Assembly: GCA_017628075.1 (NCBI GenBank)
Contig: JAGBZV010000232.1
Location: 1 to 36,113, forward strand
DNA length: 36,113 nucleotides
Direction of reading: 5' to 3'
Source: Clostridia bacterium
Lineage (GTDB): Bacteria; Bacillota; Clostridia; Oscillospirales; CAG-272
The notes beneath the pieces were generated by a model that saw only the letters and a list, made by a program, of their open reading frames with translations, was not told the DNA's origin and ran no database searches. Below, in pieces: positions 16,682 through 26,214 of the stretch (positions are counted from its first letter, which is position 1; every line of letters begins with the position of its first letter). Made by a program: the position numbers and the translations under genes.

Positions 16682-16729
16682 AAAAAAATATCCCCCGACA
16701 GAATGTGCAGATTACACATTCGTCGGGGG
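16682..16729 (-). terminator. Intrinsic terminator after tgt
   Basis: CCCCCGACAGAATGTG / CACATTCGTCGGGGG stem with an A-run on the left. Confidence 0.8.
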
Positions 16730-16749
16730 TCGTATTTGGGGATAATGCG

Positions 16750-17907
16750 TTATTTATAATCCGGTCGGGTTGCAAGCAGATCGTGATACTGACGGTAGAA
16801 CTGCTCGTAGCATCCCGCATCCAGCGCCTGACGGATCCTTGCCATCAGATCGTTGTAGAAAAAGAGGTTATGAAGAACCGCAAGCCGCATTCCAAGCATT
16901 TCCTTGGCCTTGAGCAGGTGTCTGATATAGCCTCGTGAGTAGTGACGGCAGGCCGGACAGCCGCATCCCTCGTCGATGGGACGGGAATCGCGCTCAAATT
17001 TGTTGTTGAGAATGTTCATCGTGCCGTGCCATGTAAAAAGATAGCCGTGTCTTGCGTTGCGGGACGGCATAACGCAATCAAAGAAATCCACGCCGCGGTA
17101 AACCGCCTCCACAATATTCTGCGGCGTTCCGACACCCATCAGATAGCGCGGCTTATCCTTGGGCATATGCGGGTGCAGCGTTTCGATGATGTCGTACATG
17201 ATCTCCGCAGGCTCACCGACGGCAAGACCGCCGATCGCATATCCGGGAAGATCCAGCTCCTCGATCTGCTTCATATGCTCCACGCGCAGATCCCGATACG
17301 TACCGCCCTGATTGATACCGAACAGAAGCTGGCTCGGGTTGATGGTTTCGGGCAGTGCGTTGAGTCGATTCATTTCCTCACGGCATCGGTACAGCCAGCG
17401 CGTGGTACGCGCAATAGACTGCTTTACGTACTCATAGGGTGCAGGGTTCTCAATGCACTCGTCAAACGCCATCGCAATCGTCGAAGCGAGATTGGATTGG
17501 ATGCGCATGGATTCCTCCGGTCCCATGAAAATACGCTTTCCGTCAATGTGGGACTGGAAATGCACGCCCTCCTCGTTGATGCGGCGAAGCTTTGCAAGCG
17601 AAAAGACCTGAAATCCGCCGGAGTCCGTGAGAACCGGTCTGTCCCAGTTGAAGAATTTGTGAATACCGCCCAGATCACGGATGACCTCGTCACCGGGTCT
17701 GACGTGCAGATGGTAGGTGTTGGACAGCTCCACCTGACATCCAACCTCGTAAAGATCCTGTGTGGAGATACCGCCCTTGATCGCGGCAGACGTACCAACG
17801 TTCATGAATACGGGTGTTTCGATCACGCCGTGCACGGTATGAAACCGTCCGCGGCGAGCGTTTCCCTCCGTGGAGAGAAGCTCGAATTTTGGTTTGAATT
17901 TTTCCAT
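16750..17907 (-). CDS. tgt: tRNA-guanine transglycosylase (bacterial preQ1 type)
   Basis: TPVFMNVGT, SNTYHL, TDSGGFQVFSL, FDEC, GGLAVGE, FDCVMP and zinc site CGCPAC...H; start ATG 17907 after AAGGA. Confidence 0.97.
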   Translation of the reverse strand: MEKFKPKFELLSTEGNARRGRFHTVHGVIETPVFMNVGTSAAIKGGISTQDLYEVGCQVELSNTYHLHVRPGDEVIRDLGGIHKFFNWDRPVLTDSGGFQVFSLAKLRRINEEGVHFQSHIDGKRIFMGPEESMRIQSNLASTIAMAFDECIENPAPYEYVKQSIARTTRWLYRCREEMNRLNALPETINPSQLLFGINQGGTYRDLRVEHMKQIEELDLPGYAIGGLAVGEPAEIMYDIIETLHPHMPKDKPRYLMGVGTPQNIVEAVYRGVDFFDCVMPSRNARHGYLFTWHGTMNILNNKFERDSRPIDEGCGCPACRHYSRGYIRHLLKAKEMLGMRLAVLHNLFFYNDLMARIRQALDAGCYEQFYRQYHDLLATRPDYK

Positions 17908-17984
17908 TCTGACAAATTCCTTTCTTAGGATTCCTTTGCCGCCGCACAGAGAAAACAGCTCTGCACGGCATTCGATCTTATAAC

Positions 17985-20129
17985 TCAGATCCGGCCGAAG
18001 CGGCCCTCGATCATACTCTTGGTCATAGTAAAGCACACCGGTCTTCCGTGCGGACAGTATCGGATCGCAGGATCGGACAGCACGCGGTCACAGATCCACT
18101 TCAGATGTGCCGCATCATACACTCTCCCTGCCTTGATTGCCGCCTTGCACGATGCCTGAAAGAGCGCCCTCTCCCAGCGTGCGTTTTGTGTCAGCGCGGC
18201 GCCTCCATGTCCGTCGCACAGATTCGAAACGGTTTCCGAGAATGCATCTGCAGCAGCCTGCACGGACAAAAACGACGGAATTGCCAAAATCCGCACGCCC
18301 GTGTCCTGCAGCAGAAAGTCAAAGCCGATGGCACGGATCTCCTCACCGAACTCCTCTGCGGCATTCATCTCCACCGCCGTCATTGAAACGTCCAAGGGAA
18401 CCAACAGCGCCTGCACCGTCGTTTCGCGGGATCTGACACCTGCCTTGAACTGCTCAAACAGGATCCGCTCGTGCGCAGCGTGCTTGTCCACAAGATACAT
18501 CGTATCGCCGCATTCGAGCACAACGTAGCACTGGAACAGCTCTCCGACCATACGGTACTGCGGCACCGTATGCACGGCTTCGGCCAAAGGCACATCCGCC
18601 TCGTCTGCACACACAGGTGTCTTATCCGGTACGGCGGCAGTATCCGATACGTGTGCCTTTGCCTCCGGCCGCACCGCATCATGCCCGCGTTCCGTCAAAG
18701 CCGCTTCCTTTTCCCGGTGCCGTGCTTCAGACGCTCCGTCGTCCGTCCGGACAGTCGTCCGTACGGAATTCTCCTCACGTGCGGGCGCGCCGAAGCCGCG
18801 CGGCACGGATATCGGCAGATGATCCAAGGCGGTTTCCTCTACCGCAGGCGATTCCTTGATCCCGCAGTACGCAGATGCCTTGGGCATCGAGCCTCCGTCC
18901 GTTTTTTCCTGTGCAAAGCGGCTCTCCCGTTTGGTCTGCTCTGCCGCGGTCGCCTGTGGCTCACCGCCGGAAGAAGACTGCTGCTCTCCCGCAGATACGT
19001 CCAGCGTTTGCAAAAGATCCTTTGCGGGTATCGGTGCATCGCCGCCGCGCCCCTCCACTACGGGAACGAAGGGGTGGAGCAGCGTGCGCTGTGCCTGCTT
19101 CCGCGCGGATTCCTCAACGAGCTTCAGCTCCGGTCGGGACAGGCTGCTCTCCAGCGCACCGCGCACGGCGTAATAAACCGATTCAAATACCACGCGCTCA
19201 TTGGAGAATTTGACCTCCAGCTTTGCCGGATGCACGTTGACGTCAACCGACGCCGCATGCATCTGCAGATACAGAACCGCACACGGAAACTTATCGGAGG
19301 GTATGTAGGTTGAAAATGCTTGCTCCAGCGCAGCGGATACCGTCTTGGAGCGGATATATCGGTTGTTGATAAAGAAAATCTGCAGATTGCGATTGCCCCG
19401 AACGTTCTCCGGCGATCCGATATAGCCTGACACGCTCACGCCGTCGAAGCCGCCGCGGATCTCAATGCTTTTCTTCGAGAAGTCACGGCCGAGCACCGCG
19501 TAAATAACCGAGCGGCGGCTTCCGTCGCCGGCAGTCGCATATTTGAGTTCCCCATCCATGATAAAGCGCAGGGTGATCTCCGGATGCGAAAGCGCGATTT
19601 TTTCCACGTATGCGGCAACGTTTGCCGCCTCCGTGCCGTCCTTTTTCAAAAATTTCAACCGTGCAGGCGTATTGAAAAAGAGATTTTCGACGATGACTGA
19701 GGTTCCCTGCGGGCATCCCGCATCCGCCAGATTTGTGACGCGCCCGCCGGAGGATTCCAACAGCGTGCCCGTGGCGTCCTCGCCCCGCCTCGTCATGATA
19801 CGCAGCTCCGAAACCGCAGCAATCGCTGCAAGCGCCTCCCCACGGAATCCAAGCGTCGCAATGGAGTTCAGGTCGTCGGCCTCCCGGATCTTGCTCGTCG
19901 CGTGCCGCTTGAGCGCAACGGGGACGTCCTCGCGTGCCATGCCGCATCCGTTATCGGAAACGCGGATGAACGAAACACCACCGCGCTTGATCTCTACCGT
20001 TACGGTATCGGCTCCGGAATCAATGGCGTTCTCTAAAAGCTCCTTGACGACAGAGGCCGGACGGTCAACGACCTCTCCTGCCGCAATCAGGTTTGCAACG
20101 TGAAAATCAAGAACATTGATAATGCCCAA
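17985..20129 (-). CDS. mutL: DNA mismatch repair endonuclease MutL
   Basis: IAAGEVVDRPASVVKELLENAID, GFRGEAL, DVNVHPAK, DKHAAHERILFE, SCK and CPHGRP; start TTG 20129 after GGAGG. Confidence 0.97.
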   Translation of the reverse strand: MGIINVLDFHVANLIAAGEVVDRPASVVKELLENAIDSGADTVTVEIKRGGVSFIRVSDNGCGMAREDVPVALKRHATSKIREADDLNSIATLGFRGEALAAIAAVSELRIMTRRGEDATGTLLESSGGRVTNLADAGCPQGTSVIVENLFFNTPARLKFLKKDGTEAANVAAYVEKIALSHPEITLRFIMDGELKYATAGDGSRRSVIYAVLGRDFSKKSIEIRGGFDGVSVSGYIGSPENVRGNRNLQIFFINNRYIRSKTVSAALEQAFSTYIPSDKFPCAVLYLQMHAASVDVNVHPAKLEVKFSNERVVFESVYYAVRGALESSLSRPELKLVEESARKQAQRTLLHPFVPVVEGRGGDAPIPAKDLLQTLDVSAGEQQSSSGGEPQATAAEQTKRESRFAQEKTDGGSMPKASAYCGIKESPAVEETALDHLPISVPRGFGAPAREENSVRTTVRTDDGASEARHREKEAALTERGHDAVRPEAKAHVSDTAAVPDKTPVCADEADVPLAEAVHTVPQYRMVGELFQCYVVLECGDTMYLVDKHAAHERILFEQFKAGVRSRETTVQALLVPLDVSMTAVEMNAAEEFGEEIRAIGFDFLLQDTGVRILAIPSFLSVQAAADAFSETVSNLCDGHGGAALTQNARWERALFQASCKAAIKAGRVYDAAHLKWICDRVLSDPAIRYCPHGRPVCFTMTKSMIEGRFGRI

Positions 20130-20171
20130 GGCCACACCTCCTTCCAAAAAGCACATTCATATAGCGTCTTA

Positions 20172-22793
20172 TTATTCCCCAGCCATATTTTTCAGATCAT
20201 TCAGTAAATTCATTGCCGCAAGCGGCGTCAGCGTATTGATATCTGTTTCCAAAAGCCGCCGTCTGATTTCCCCGGCAGCAACGTCACGCTCCTCTGCAGC
20301 AGAGAAATCCATGGCAAACTGCTCCTCGATAGGCGCAATCGTCCGTCTTCCGCGCACCGTCACAGCCTCGCCCTCATCCAGTGCGGCAAGAACCTCCTTG
20401 GCACGTCGGATGACCTCTGCAGGAATTCCGGCAAGCTTTGCGACCTCAATACCGTAGCTGTCGTCGGCAGGTCCGGGAATGATTTTACGCAGGAAAATGA
20501 TATCGTCGCCCTTTTTCTTTGCCGCAATGTTGAAATTGACGACTCCCTCAAGCGTGCCCTCAATCTCGGTCAGCTCGTGGTAGTGTGTGGCAAACAGCGT
20601 TTTCGCGCCGATCCGCTTTCCAAGCGTATATTCGAGTACCGCACGCGCAATGGACATTCCGTCGTAGGTGGACGTACCGCGCCCGATCTCATCGTAAATG
20701 ATCAGGGACCGGCTCGTTGCGTGTGCGAGAATGTATGCAACCTCCGTCATTTCCAGCATAAAGGTGGATTGACCGGATGCCAGATCGTCCGATGCGCCGA
20801 CACGCGTGAACACACGGTCCACAACGCCGATGCGCGCCGACCTTGCAGGCACGAAGGAGCCGATCTGTGCCATAATGCAGATCAGGGCAACCTGCCGCAT
20901 ATACGTTGATTTTCCTGCCATATTCGGTCCCGTGATGAGTGCAAGACGCCTTGCCCCCGTATCGAGCTGGGTATCATTGGGAACGAAATAGCTGTCACCT
21001 GCGAATTTCTCAACGACAGGGTGGCGGCCGTCACGGATGTCGATAACATCCCCCTCGTCCACCTCCGGGCAGACGTAGTGATTGCGGTTAGCCGCCTCCG
21101 CAAGAGAGATGTAGGTGTCGATATCGGCAAGCAAAGCCGCCGATGCCTGGATACGCGCGGCATGGACACACAGCGTTTCACGCACACGCTGGAACAGCTC
21201 GTATTCAAGCGCGTAGCTCTTATCCTTGGCACCGAGCACCGTTGCCTCCATGTCCTTGAGCTCCTGCGTGATATAACGCTCTCCACCCGTCAGCGTCTGC
21301 TTTCGGATGTAGCGATCCGGAACCATATCACGGTATGAGTTTGTGACCTCAATATAGTATCCGAACACCTTGTTATAGCCGATCTTGAGCTTAGGACTCC
21401 CCGTTGCCTCGCGCTCGTCCGCCTCGATCTTTTCCTTCCAGGCACTTCCGTCATGCATGATATCGCGCAGACGATCCACGTCCTCGGAATATCCGGGACG
21501 GATAAAGCCACCCTCACGCACGGAAAACGGCGGTGCATCGTCAATGGCGTCGTTGATGCAGCGGTACAGGTCGGTCAGCTCGTCAAGCTGCGCGCCAACC
21601 CTTGCAAGCTCCGGACAGTCGATCTCCGACAGCAATGCCTTGATGGGAGCGATCACCGCGATGGTATTGGCAATTGCACGCATATCGCGCGGACCGGCCG
21701 TATTGTAAATGACGCGCGTGATCAGCCGTTCCATATCCAGAACGTCACGCAGATACATACCGATCTCCTCGCGCTGCAGATAGTGCTCAAAAAAGGCACG
21801 CACCGTTTCCTATCTGCGCCAAATCCGGCGAACGTCGGTCAGCGGCATCTCGATCCATCGGCGCAAATTACGCGCACCCATGGCAGTACGGGTGTGGTCA
21901 AGCACCCAGAGCAGCGAGCCGCGCTTTTCCTTTTGGCGCATCGTTTCGCAAAGCTCCAGATTGCGCCGCGTGTTGACGTCCATTTCCACATACTGTCCAC
22001 CAAAATACGTATGCAGCGTGCGAATATAGGAAATATCCGTCTTCTGCGTTTCCTCCACGTAGTCAAGCAGTGCGCCGACGGCGGCCCGCATCACGCTGCC
22101 CTGTGCCGAATCGGGAATCTGCGCAGCGCCCTCGCCAAACTGGCGGCGCACGCGCGCCTCAGCGCTCACAGCGTCAAAGCGGTATGCCTGTCCGTCCTCA
22201 ACCATAGCGTGCAGACGGTCACAAAGATACGTTCCAAGCGCCTCATTCTGCGTGCGCGAAACGTTGAGCAATACCTCACGCGGCGTGTAGGCACCGAGCT
22301 CGTTGATGATATACGCATCTGCGCTCTCCCCCTCGGCAGCCGTCACGGAAACGTCCCCCGTCGAAATATCAACGAAGGCAGCGGCGGCGGCCCCATCGGT
22401 GAGCATCACCGCGCAAAGATAGTTATTCGTGCTTTCATCAAGCATGGAATTTTCAATCAGCGTGCCGGGCGTAATGATACGGACGACGTCGCGTTTGACG
22501 ATTCCCTTTGTCGTTGCAGGGTCCTCAAGCTGCTCGCATATCGCAATCTTGAAGCCCCGTGCGATCAGACGGCTGATATACGTTTCAGAGGAATGATACG
22601 GAATCCCGCACATCGGGGCGCGCTCCGCCTCGCCGCAATCGCGGCCTGTCAGCGTCAGCTCAAGCTCCTTGGATACGGTTATGGCGTCCTCGTGGAACAT
22701 TTCATAGAAATCACCCAGGCGGAAGAACAGCACGTAATCCTTGTATTTTTCCTTGATTGCAAGATATTGCTGCATAAACGGTGTGACAGCCAT
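20172..22793 (-). pseudogene. mutS: DNA mismatch repair protein MutS interrupted by one in-frame TAG at 21810-21812 (873 aa if read through)
   Basis: ORFs 21810..22793 (TPFMQQY, GDFYEMF) and 20172..21803 (GPNMAGKSTY, DEIGRGTS, FATHY, SYGIEVA) are in the same frame, joined by AGA-TAG-GAA-ACG-GTG. Gene identity is clear; pseudogene status is not. Confidence 0.85.
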
Positions 22794-22826
22794 CGTTTTA
22801 TATCTCCTGTCTTAAAATATCCTGGA

Positions 22827-23228
22827 TCAATGGCAGCCCCGGCAGGTCGAGCAGTCGTGCGTACAGCCGGATGCTTCATCCGAAGGACGCTCGCCCGTAA
22901 TCTGGTATGTGATCTCCTCGTTGACACAGTTCATGAATCTGTTGACCTCCTCCTGGGCCTCGTTGTATTCCACGAGAACGGGAAGTGCGGAGATCTCGGC
23001 ATAGAGGCTGTTGATGCGCGCCTCAATGGCGTGGATGACCTCCATATCCTTCTCGTCCTTCTTGTATTCCTCCGTCAGCGCGATCGTCTGCACGTTGTAT
23101 TCCGTCATCTTGTACTGAAGATGCGAATCGTTTTTATAGGCCTCCGTTGCAGCCTCCATACGCTTGATGCGGGCATCCTCCTTGATTGCACGGCCAAGCT
23201 GTGCGGCCAATTCCATAATAGCGTCCAT
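22827..23228 (-). CDS. YlbF/YmcA (RicA/RicF) family protein with Cys-rich C-terminus
   Basis: Helical acidic protein ending GCTHDCSTCRGCH; miaB-x-mutS-mutL synteny matches B. subtilis ymcB-ymcA...mutSL; RBS AAGGAG before ATG 23228. Confidence 0.85.
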   Translation of the reverse strand: MDAIMELAAQLGRAIKEDARIKRMEAATEAYKNDSHLQYKMTEYNVQTIALTEEYKKDEKDMEVIHAIEARINSLYAEISALPVLVEYNEAQEEVNRFMNCVNEEITYQITGERPSDEASGCTHDCSTCRGCH

Positions 23229-23274
23229 TGTTGTATTCTCCTTTGATATCAAAAAATTTATAGTGGTTGCTCCA

Positions 23275-24717
23275 TTACAGGACAGCCTCGCCCCAAAGAT
23301 TGTAGGTCTCCGCTGCCGTGATCCTGACGGGAATCACTCTGCCCGTCAGCGATTGATCCGGATCTGCCGGGAAATGCACCAGCTTTCCGCCGTCCGTCCG
23401 TCCTGCGTACATCGTGCGGTCACCCCGGCTCAGGCCCTCAACAAGAATCATATACTCTTTGCCGACGCACGCCAGGTTCTTTTCCAGCATGATCTCGTTC
23501 TGTACCGCAAGCAGCCGCGCCATACGGTCCTGCTTGACCTTTTCAGGAAGCTGCTCCATGCGGGCAGCGGGTGTCCCCGTGCGCGGCGAATATATAAACG
23601 TGAAAAGCTGGTCGCAGCGCGCAATGCGCACCGCCTCCAGGGTTTTCTCAAAATCCTCCTCCGACTCGCCCGGGAATCCCACAATGATGTCAGAGGTCAC
23701 GGTAATATCCGGCATCCTCTGCCGCATATACGCAAGGATATTCAGATACGACTCCGCCGTGTAGCGTCGGTTCATTGCCGCAAGCACCCGATTTGAGCCT
23801 GACTGCATGGGCAGATGGAAATGCTTTGCCGCCTTTTCGTTTTCTGCCATCACGTCAATCAGCCGATGCGAGGCATCCTTTGGATGCGAGGTCATAAAAT
23901 GCACGCGGAAATCCCCCTCCAGCGCACAGATTGCCGCAAGCAGATCGGGAAACTCCACACCCTCGTCAAGGTCGTGTCCCCACGAATTGACGTTCTGTCC
24001 AAGCAAAGTGATCTCGCGGTATCCGTTTGCTATCAGCCCCCGGATCTCCTCAAGAATGGCGTGCAGCCGGCGAGAGCGTTCTCTGCCGCGCACGTAGGGT
24101 ACGATACAGTAGGAGCAAAAGTTGTTGCACCCGTACATGATGGATACCCATGCCTTTCTGGCATCTGCCCGGCGCACGGGAATTCCCTCCGCGATACAGC
24201 CGGGATCGCCGGCATCCAGGAAAAACTGCCGCTTGCGTCCGGCAATATATGCGTACAGGATCTGCGGCAGACGATAGAGCATCGACGTGCCGAACAGAAT
24301 GCTGACGTAGGGATAGCTGTGCTTGATGCGTTCCTTACGCGTTTCCTGAGAAACCATACATCCGCAGATGCCGATAATCAGCTCCGGATTGCGCTCCTTG
24401 AGGTGCTTGAACTGTCCGGTAATAGACAGCGCCCGCTCCTCCGCATGCTCACGCACGGCACAAGTATTGATCAGAATAAGATCGGCATCCGCCGCGGTAT
24501 CGACAGGCACGTATCCCATCGCCTCTGCCATTCCGGCAAGCCGTTCGCTGTCCGCTTCATTTTGCTGACAGCCAAAGGTCTGGATATAATAACGCCGTTC
24601 CCTGCCATTCTCTGCCAAAAACGCCTCGTTCCATCCGGCGATTTTCGCAGTATACGCACGCTGCTCTGCAAGCTCCTCCTCGGATACCGTGCGCGTGGTT
24701 CTGCTGATATCTGTCAT
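23275..24717 (-). CDS. miaB: tRNA-2-methylthio-N6-dimethylallyladenosine synthase
   Basis: TFGCQQNEADSE, NTCAVRE, radical SAM CNNFCSYC, LLGQNVNS, DIIVGFPGE and a C-terminal TRAM domain. Confidence 0.97.
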   Translation of the reverse strand: MTDISRTTRTVSEEELAEQRAYTAKIAGWNEAFLAENGRERRYYIQTFGCQQNEADSERLAGMAEAMGYVPVDTAADADLILINTCAVREHAEERALSITGQFKHLKERNPELIIGICGCMVSQETRKERIKHSYPYVSILFGTSMLYRLPQILYAYIAGRKRQFFLDAGDPGCIAEGIPVRRADARKAWVSIMYGCNNFCSYCIVPYVRGRERSRRLHAILEEIRGLIANGYREITLLGQNVNSWGHDLDEGVEFPDLLAAICALEGDFRVHFMTSHPKDASHRLIDVMAENEKAAKHFHLPMQSGSNRVLAAMNRRYTAESYLNILAYMRQRMPDITVTSDIIVGFPGESEEDFEKTLEAVRIARCDQLFTFIYSPRTGTPAARMEQLPEKVKQDRMARLLAVQNEIMLEKNLACVGKEYMILVEGLSRGDRTMYAGRTDGGKLVHFPADPDQSLTGRVIPVRITAAETYNLWGEAVL

Positions 24718-25911
24718 TTATTCCGTCTCCTCGGATCTGTTCTCATAAAATAGCTGCACCGTCATGCCGCCGCCCGCCACAGAAGCGTGGTAGATGCGGT
24801 TCACCGTGCGCAGCTTCGGCAGATCGGATTGTGCTTCGTCTGCGTTCACGGCCGCAATGGCTTCGTTCAGGTATTCCTCAAGTGCATAGTCGGGCAGACC
24901 GACCTCGCGCGGAATACAAAGCTCCGCCCAATATGTCCCCTCCCGTCTTGCTTCCGTCAAAATACGGACAAGCAGCGCGGGGATCTCCTCCTCGGTATCG
25001 GCAAAGCAGCCCTCTCGCTCGTAAAAGTGGTTCGTGTCGCCGCCGCTGAGCTGAAGATAGCCATCCGGCGTATGATCCGCGCCCATCTCCTCAAGCGACA
25101 AAAAATAATAACCGTGAAACGGAAGCTCGATCGCCGCAGCGTCGTTCCACATCACATCCGTATAACCGGGCACGTCCTCGGGCATCAGCGCATTCCAGGC
25201 GTGCCGGAACTCTGCCGTACCGTCCGTTGCCATACCCGTCACGGTCATGCAGCTGATCCCTGCCTCCCGGCAAAGGTATGTATACGCAGCCGCATAGCCT
25301 GTGCTGTCCGAAAGTCCGAGCACCAATGCGTCGTACGCCGTACTGCCGACGGCAGATACAGTGTCCCCATCCTGTGCCGAATAGGTCACCCGTGACACAA
25401 GCGCATCGTGCAAGCCGCGTGCACAGTCCCATCCGCCCTCGGTCCGGACACCGGCAAGCAGTACTCTCGCAGCCTCACGCATTGCCTTGCGACGCTGTGC
25501 GTCGTCCTCCATATAAGTCAGCCTTACGCAGGCGGAATACGCCCCTGCCTCCATCCTGGATTCCTGCCACAGCACGTCGCAGTATTCCGGTCTGTCCGCA
25601 GAAAGCGCCTGTACTGCACGGATGAATTCCTCCTCCGTCGGCACGAAGGCAACGCGCCGCGAGGTCCGACGGCGTCCGTCCGCAGCCCACTCAATGGCCT
25701 CGTATACCTGCTGCTCACGCGCATTCAGAGAGTTATAGCACCATAGCCCCTCCCTCACGTCTGCAGTGCCTGCACCGCCTGCTTCCGCTGCGGTGTTGGA
25801 AAAAATATGCTGTGCCAGCGCATGTGCGCAAAAATACATACCAACGCAGATAAGCAGACACAGCGGCAGCACGCTCCAGCGCTTGATGCGCGCCTTTGTG
25901 CTTCGCTTCAC
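24718..25911 (-). CDS. Exported or membrane-anchored transglutaminase-like domain protein
   Basis: N-terminal TM; LHDALV, AYDALV, GYAAAY..L, HAWN and DVMWND motifs; GTG 25911 after GGGAGG. Confidence 0.82.
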   Translation of the reverse strand: MKRSTKARIKRWSVLPLCLLICVGMYFCAHALAQHIFSNTAAEAGGAGTADVREGLWCYNSLNAREQQVYEAIEWAADGRRRTSRRVAFVPTEEEFIRAVQALSADRPEYCDVLWQESRMEAGAYSACVRLTYMEDDAQRRKAMREAARVLLAGVRTEGGWDCARGLHDALVSRVTYSAQDGDTVSAVGSTAYDALVLGLSDSTGYAAAYTYLCREAGISCMTVTGMATDGTAEFRHAWNALMPEDVPGYTDVMWNDAAAIELPFHGYYFLSLEEMGADHTPDGYLQLSGGDTNHFYEREGCFADTEEEIPALLVRILTEARREGTYWAELCIPREVGLPDYALEEYLNEAIAAVNADEAQSDLPKLRTVNRIYHASVAGGGMTVQLFYENRSEETE

Positions 25912-25964
25912 GAAAAACACCTCCCTGCCTTTATGATCGGCATAATTCTTCTGTGTTTCATATT

Positions 25965-25993
25965 ATTATACCATATTATCTGCATAATCTCCA
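25965..25993 (-). promoter_or_regulatory. Putative extended -10 promoter for the transglutaminase-miaB-mutSL run
   Basis: TGgTATAAT (-10 at 25970-25965), weak -35 TGGAGA at 17 bp. Confidence 0.55.
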
Positions 25994-26106
25994 TGAAATC
26001 GGCACGGAATTTACACATTCTTCACATTTCAAGGGCGTTTTTTTCTGCGCCCATCGCATTTAACCCTCAAACGCAAAAATATCCCAAAGAAATTCAAATA
26101 AAAGGA

Positions 26107-26135
26107 TAGACAAATGCCGCTGATTGTGGTATACT
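26107..26135 (+). promoter_or_regulatory. sigmaA promoter of gltX-glnS
   Basis: TAGACA, 17 bp spacer, TGgTATACT. Confidence 0.75.
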
Positions 26136-26214
26136 ATTGTATATGTACAGTTATTTTGGCACAGATATTTTATTTGCGGCACTCCGCAATTCCGATTCAG
26201 AAAGGATATACAAC

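Noticed and set aside
18600-19050. Low-complexity stretch in mutL considered as an insertion
   Set aside because: It corresponds to the known variable linker between the ATPase and endonuclease domains.
21795-21830. Programmed frameshift or intein/intron as the cause of the mutS split
   Set aside because: Both halves are in the same frame with no inserted sequence; only one stop codon separates them.
21453-23246. Long + strand ORFs antisense to real genes (597 aa here; also 1112..2296, 5058..6146, 8184..9404, 16942..17928)
   Set aside because: They mirror well-supported minus-strand genes, carry no recognisable motifs, and are expected from codon bias in GC-rich DNA.
26136-26214. T-box upstream of gltX
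   Set aside because: The leader is too short and has no GGTGGNACCGCG antiterminator motif.
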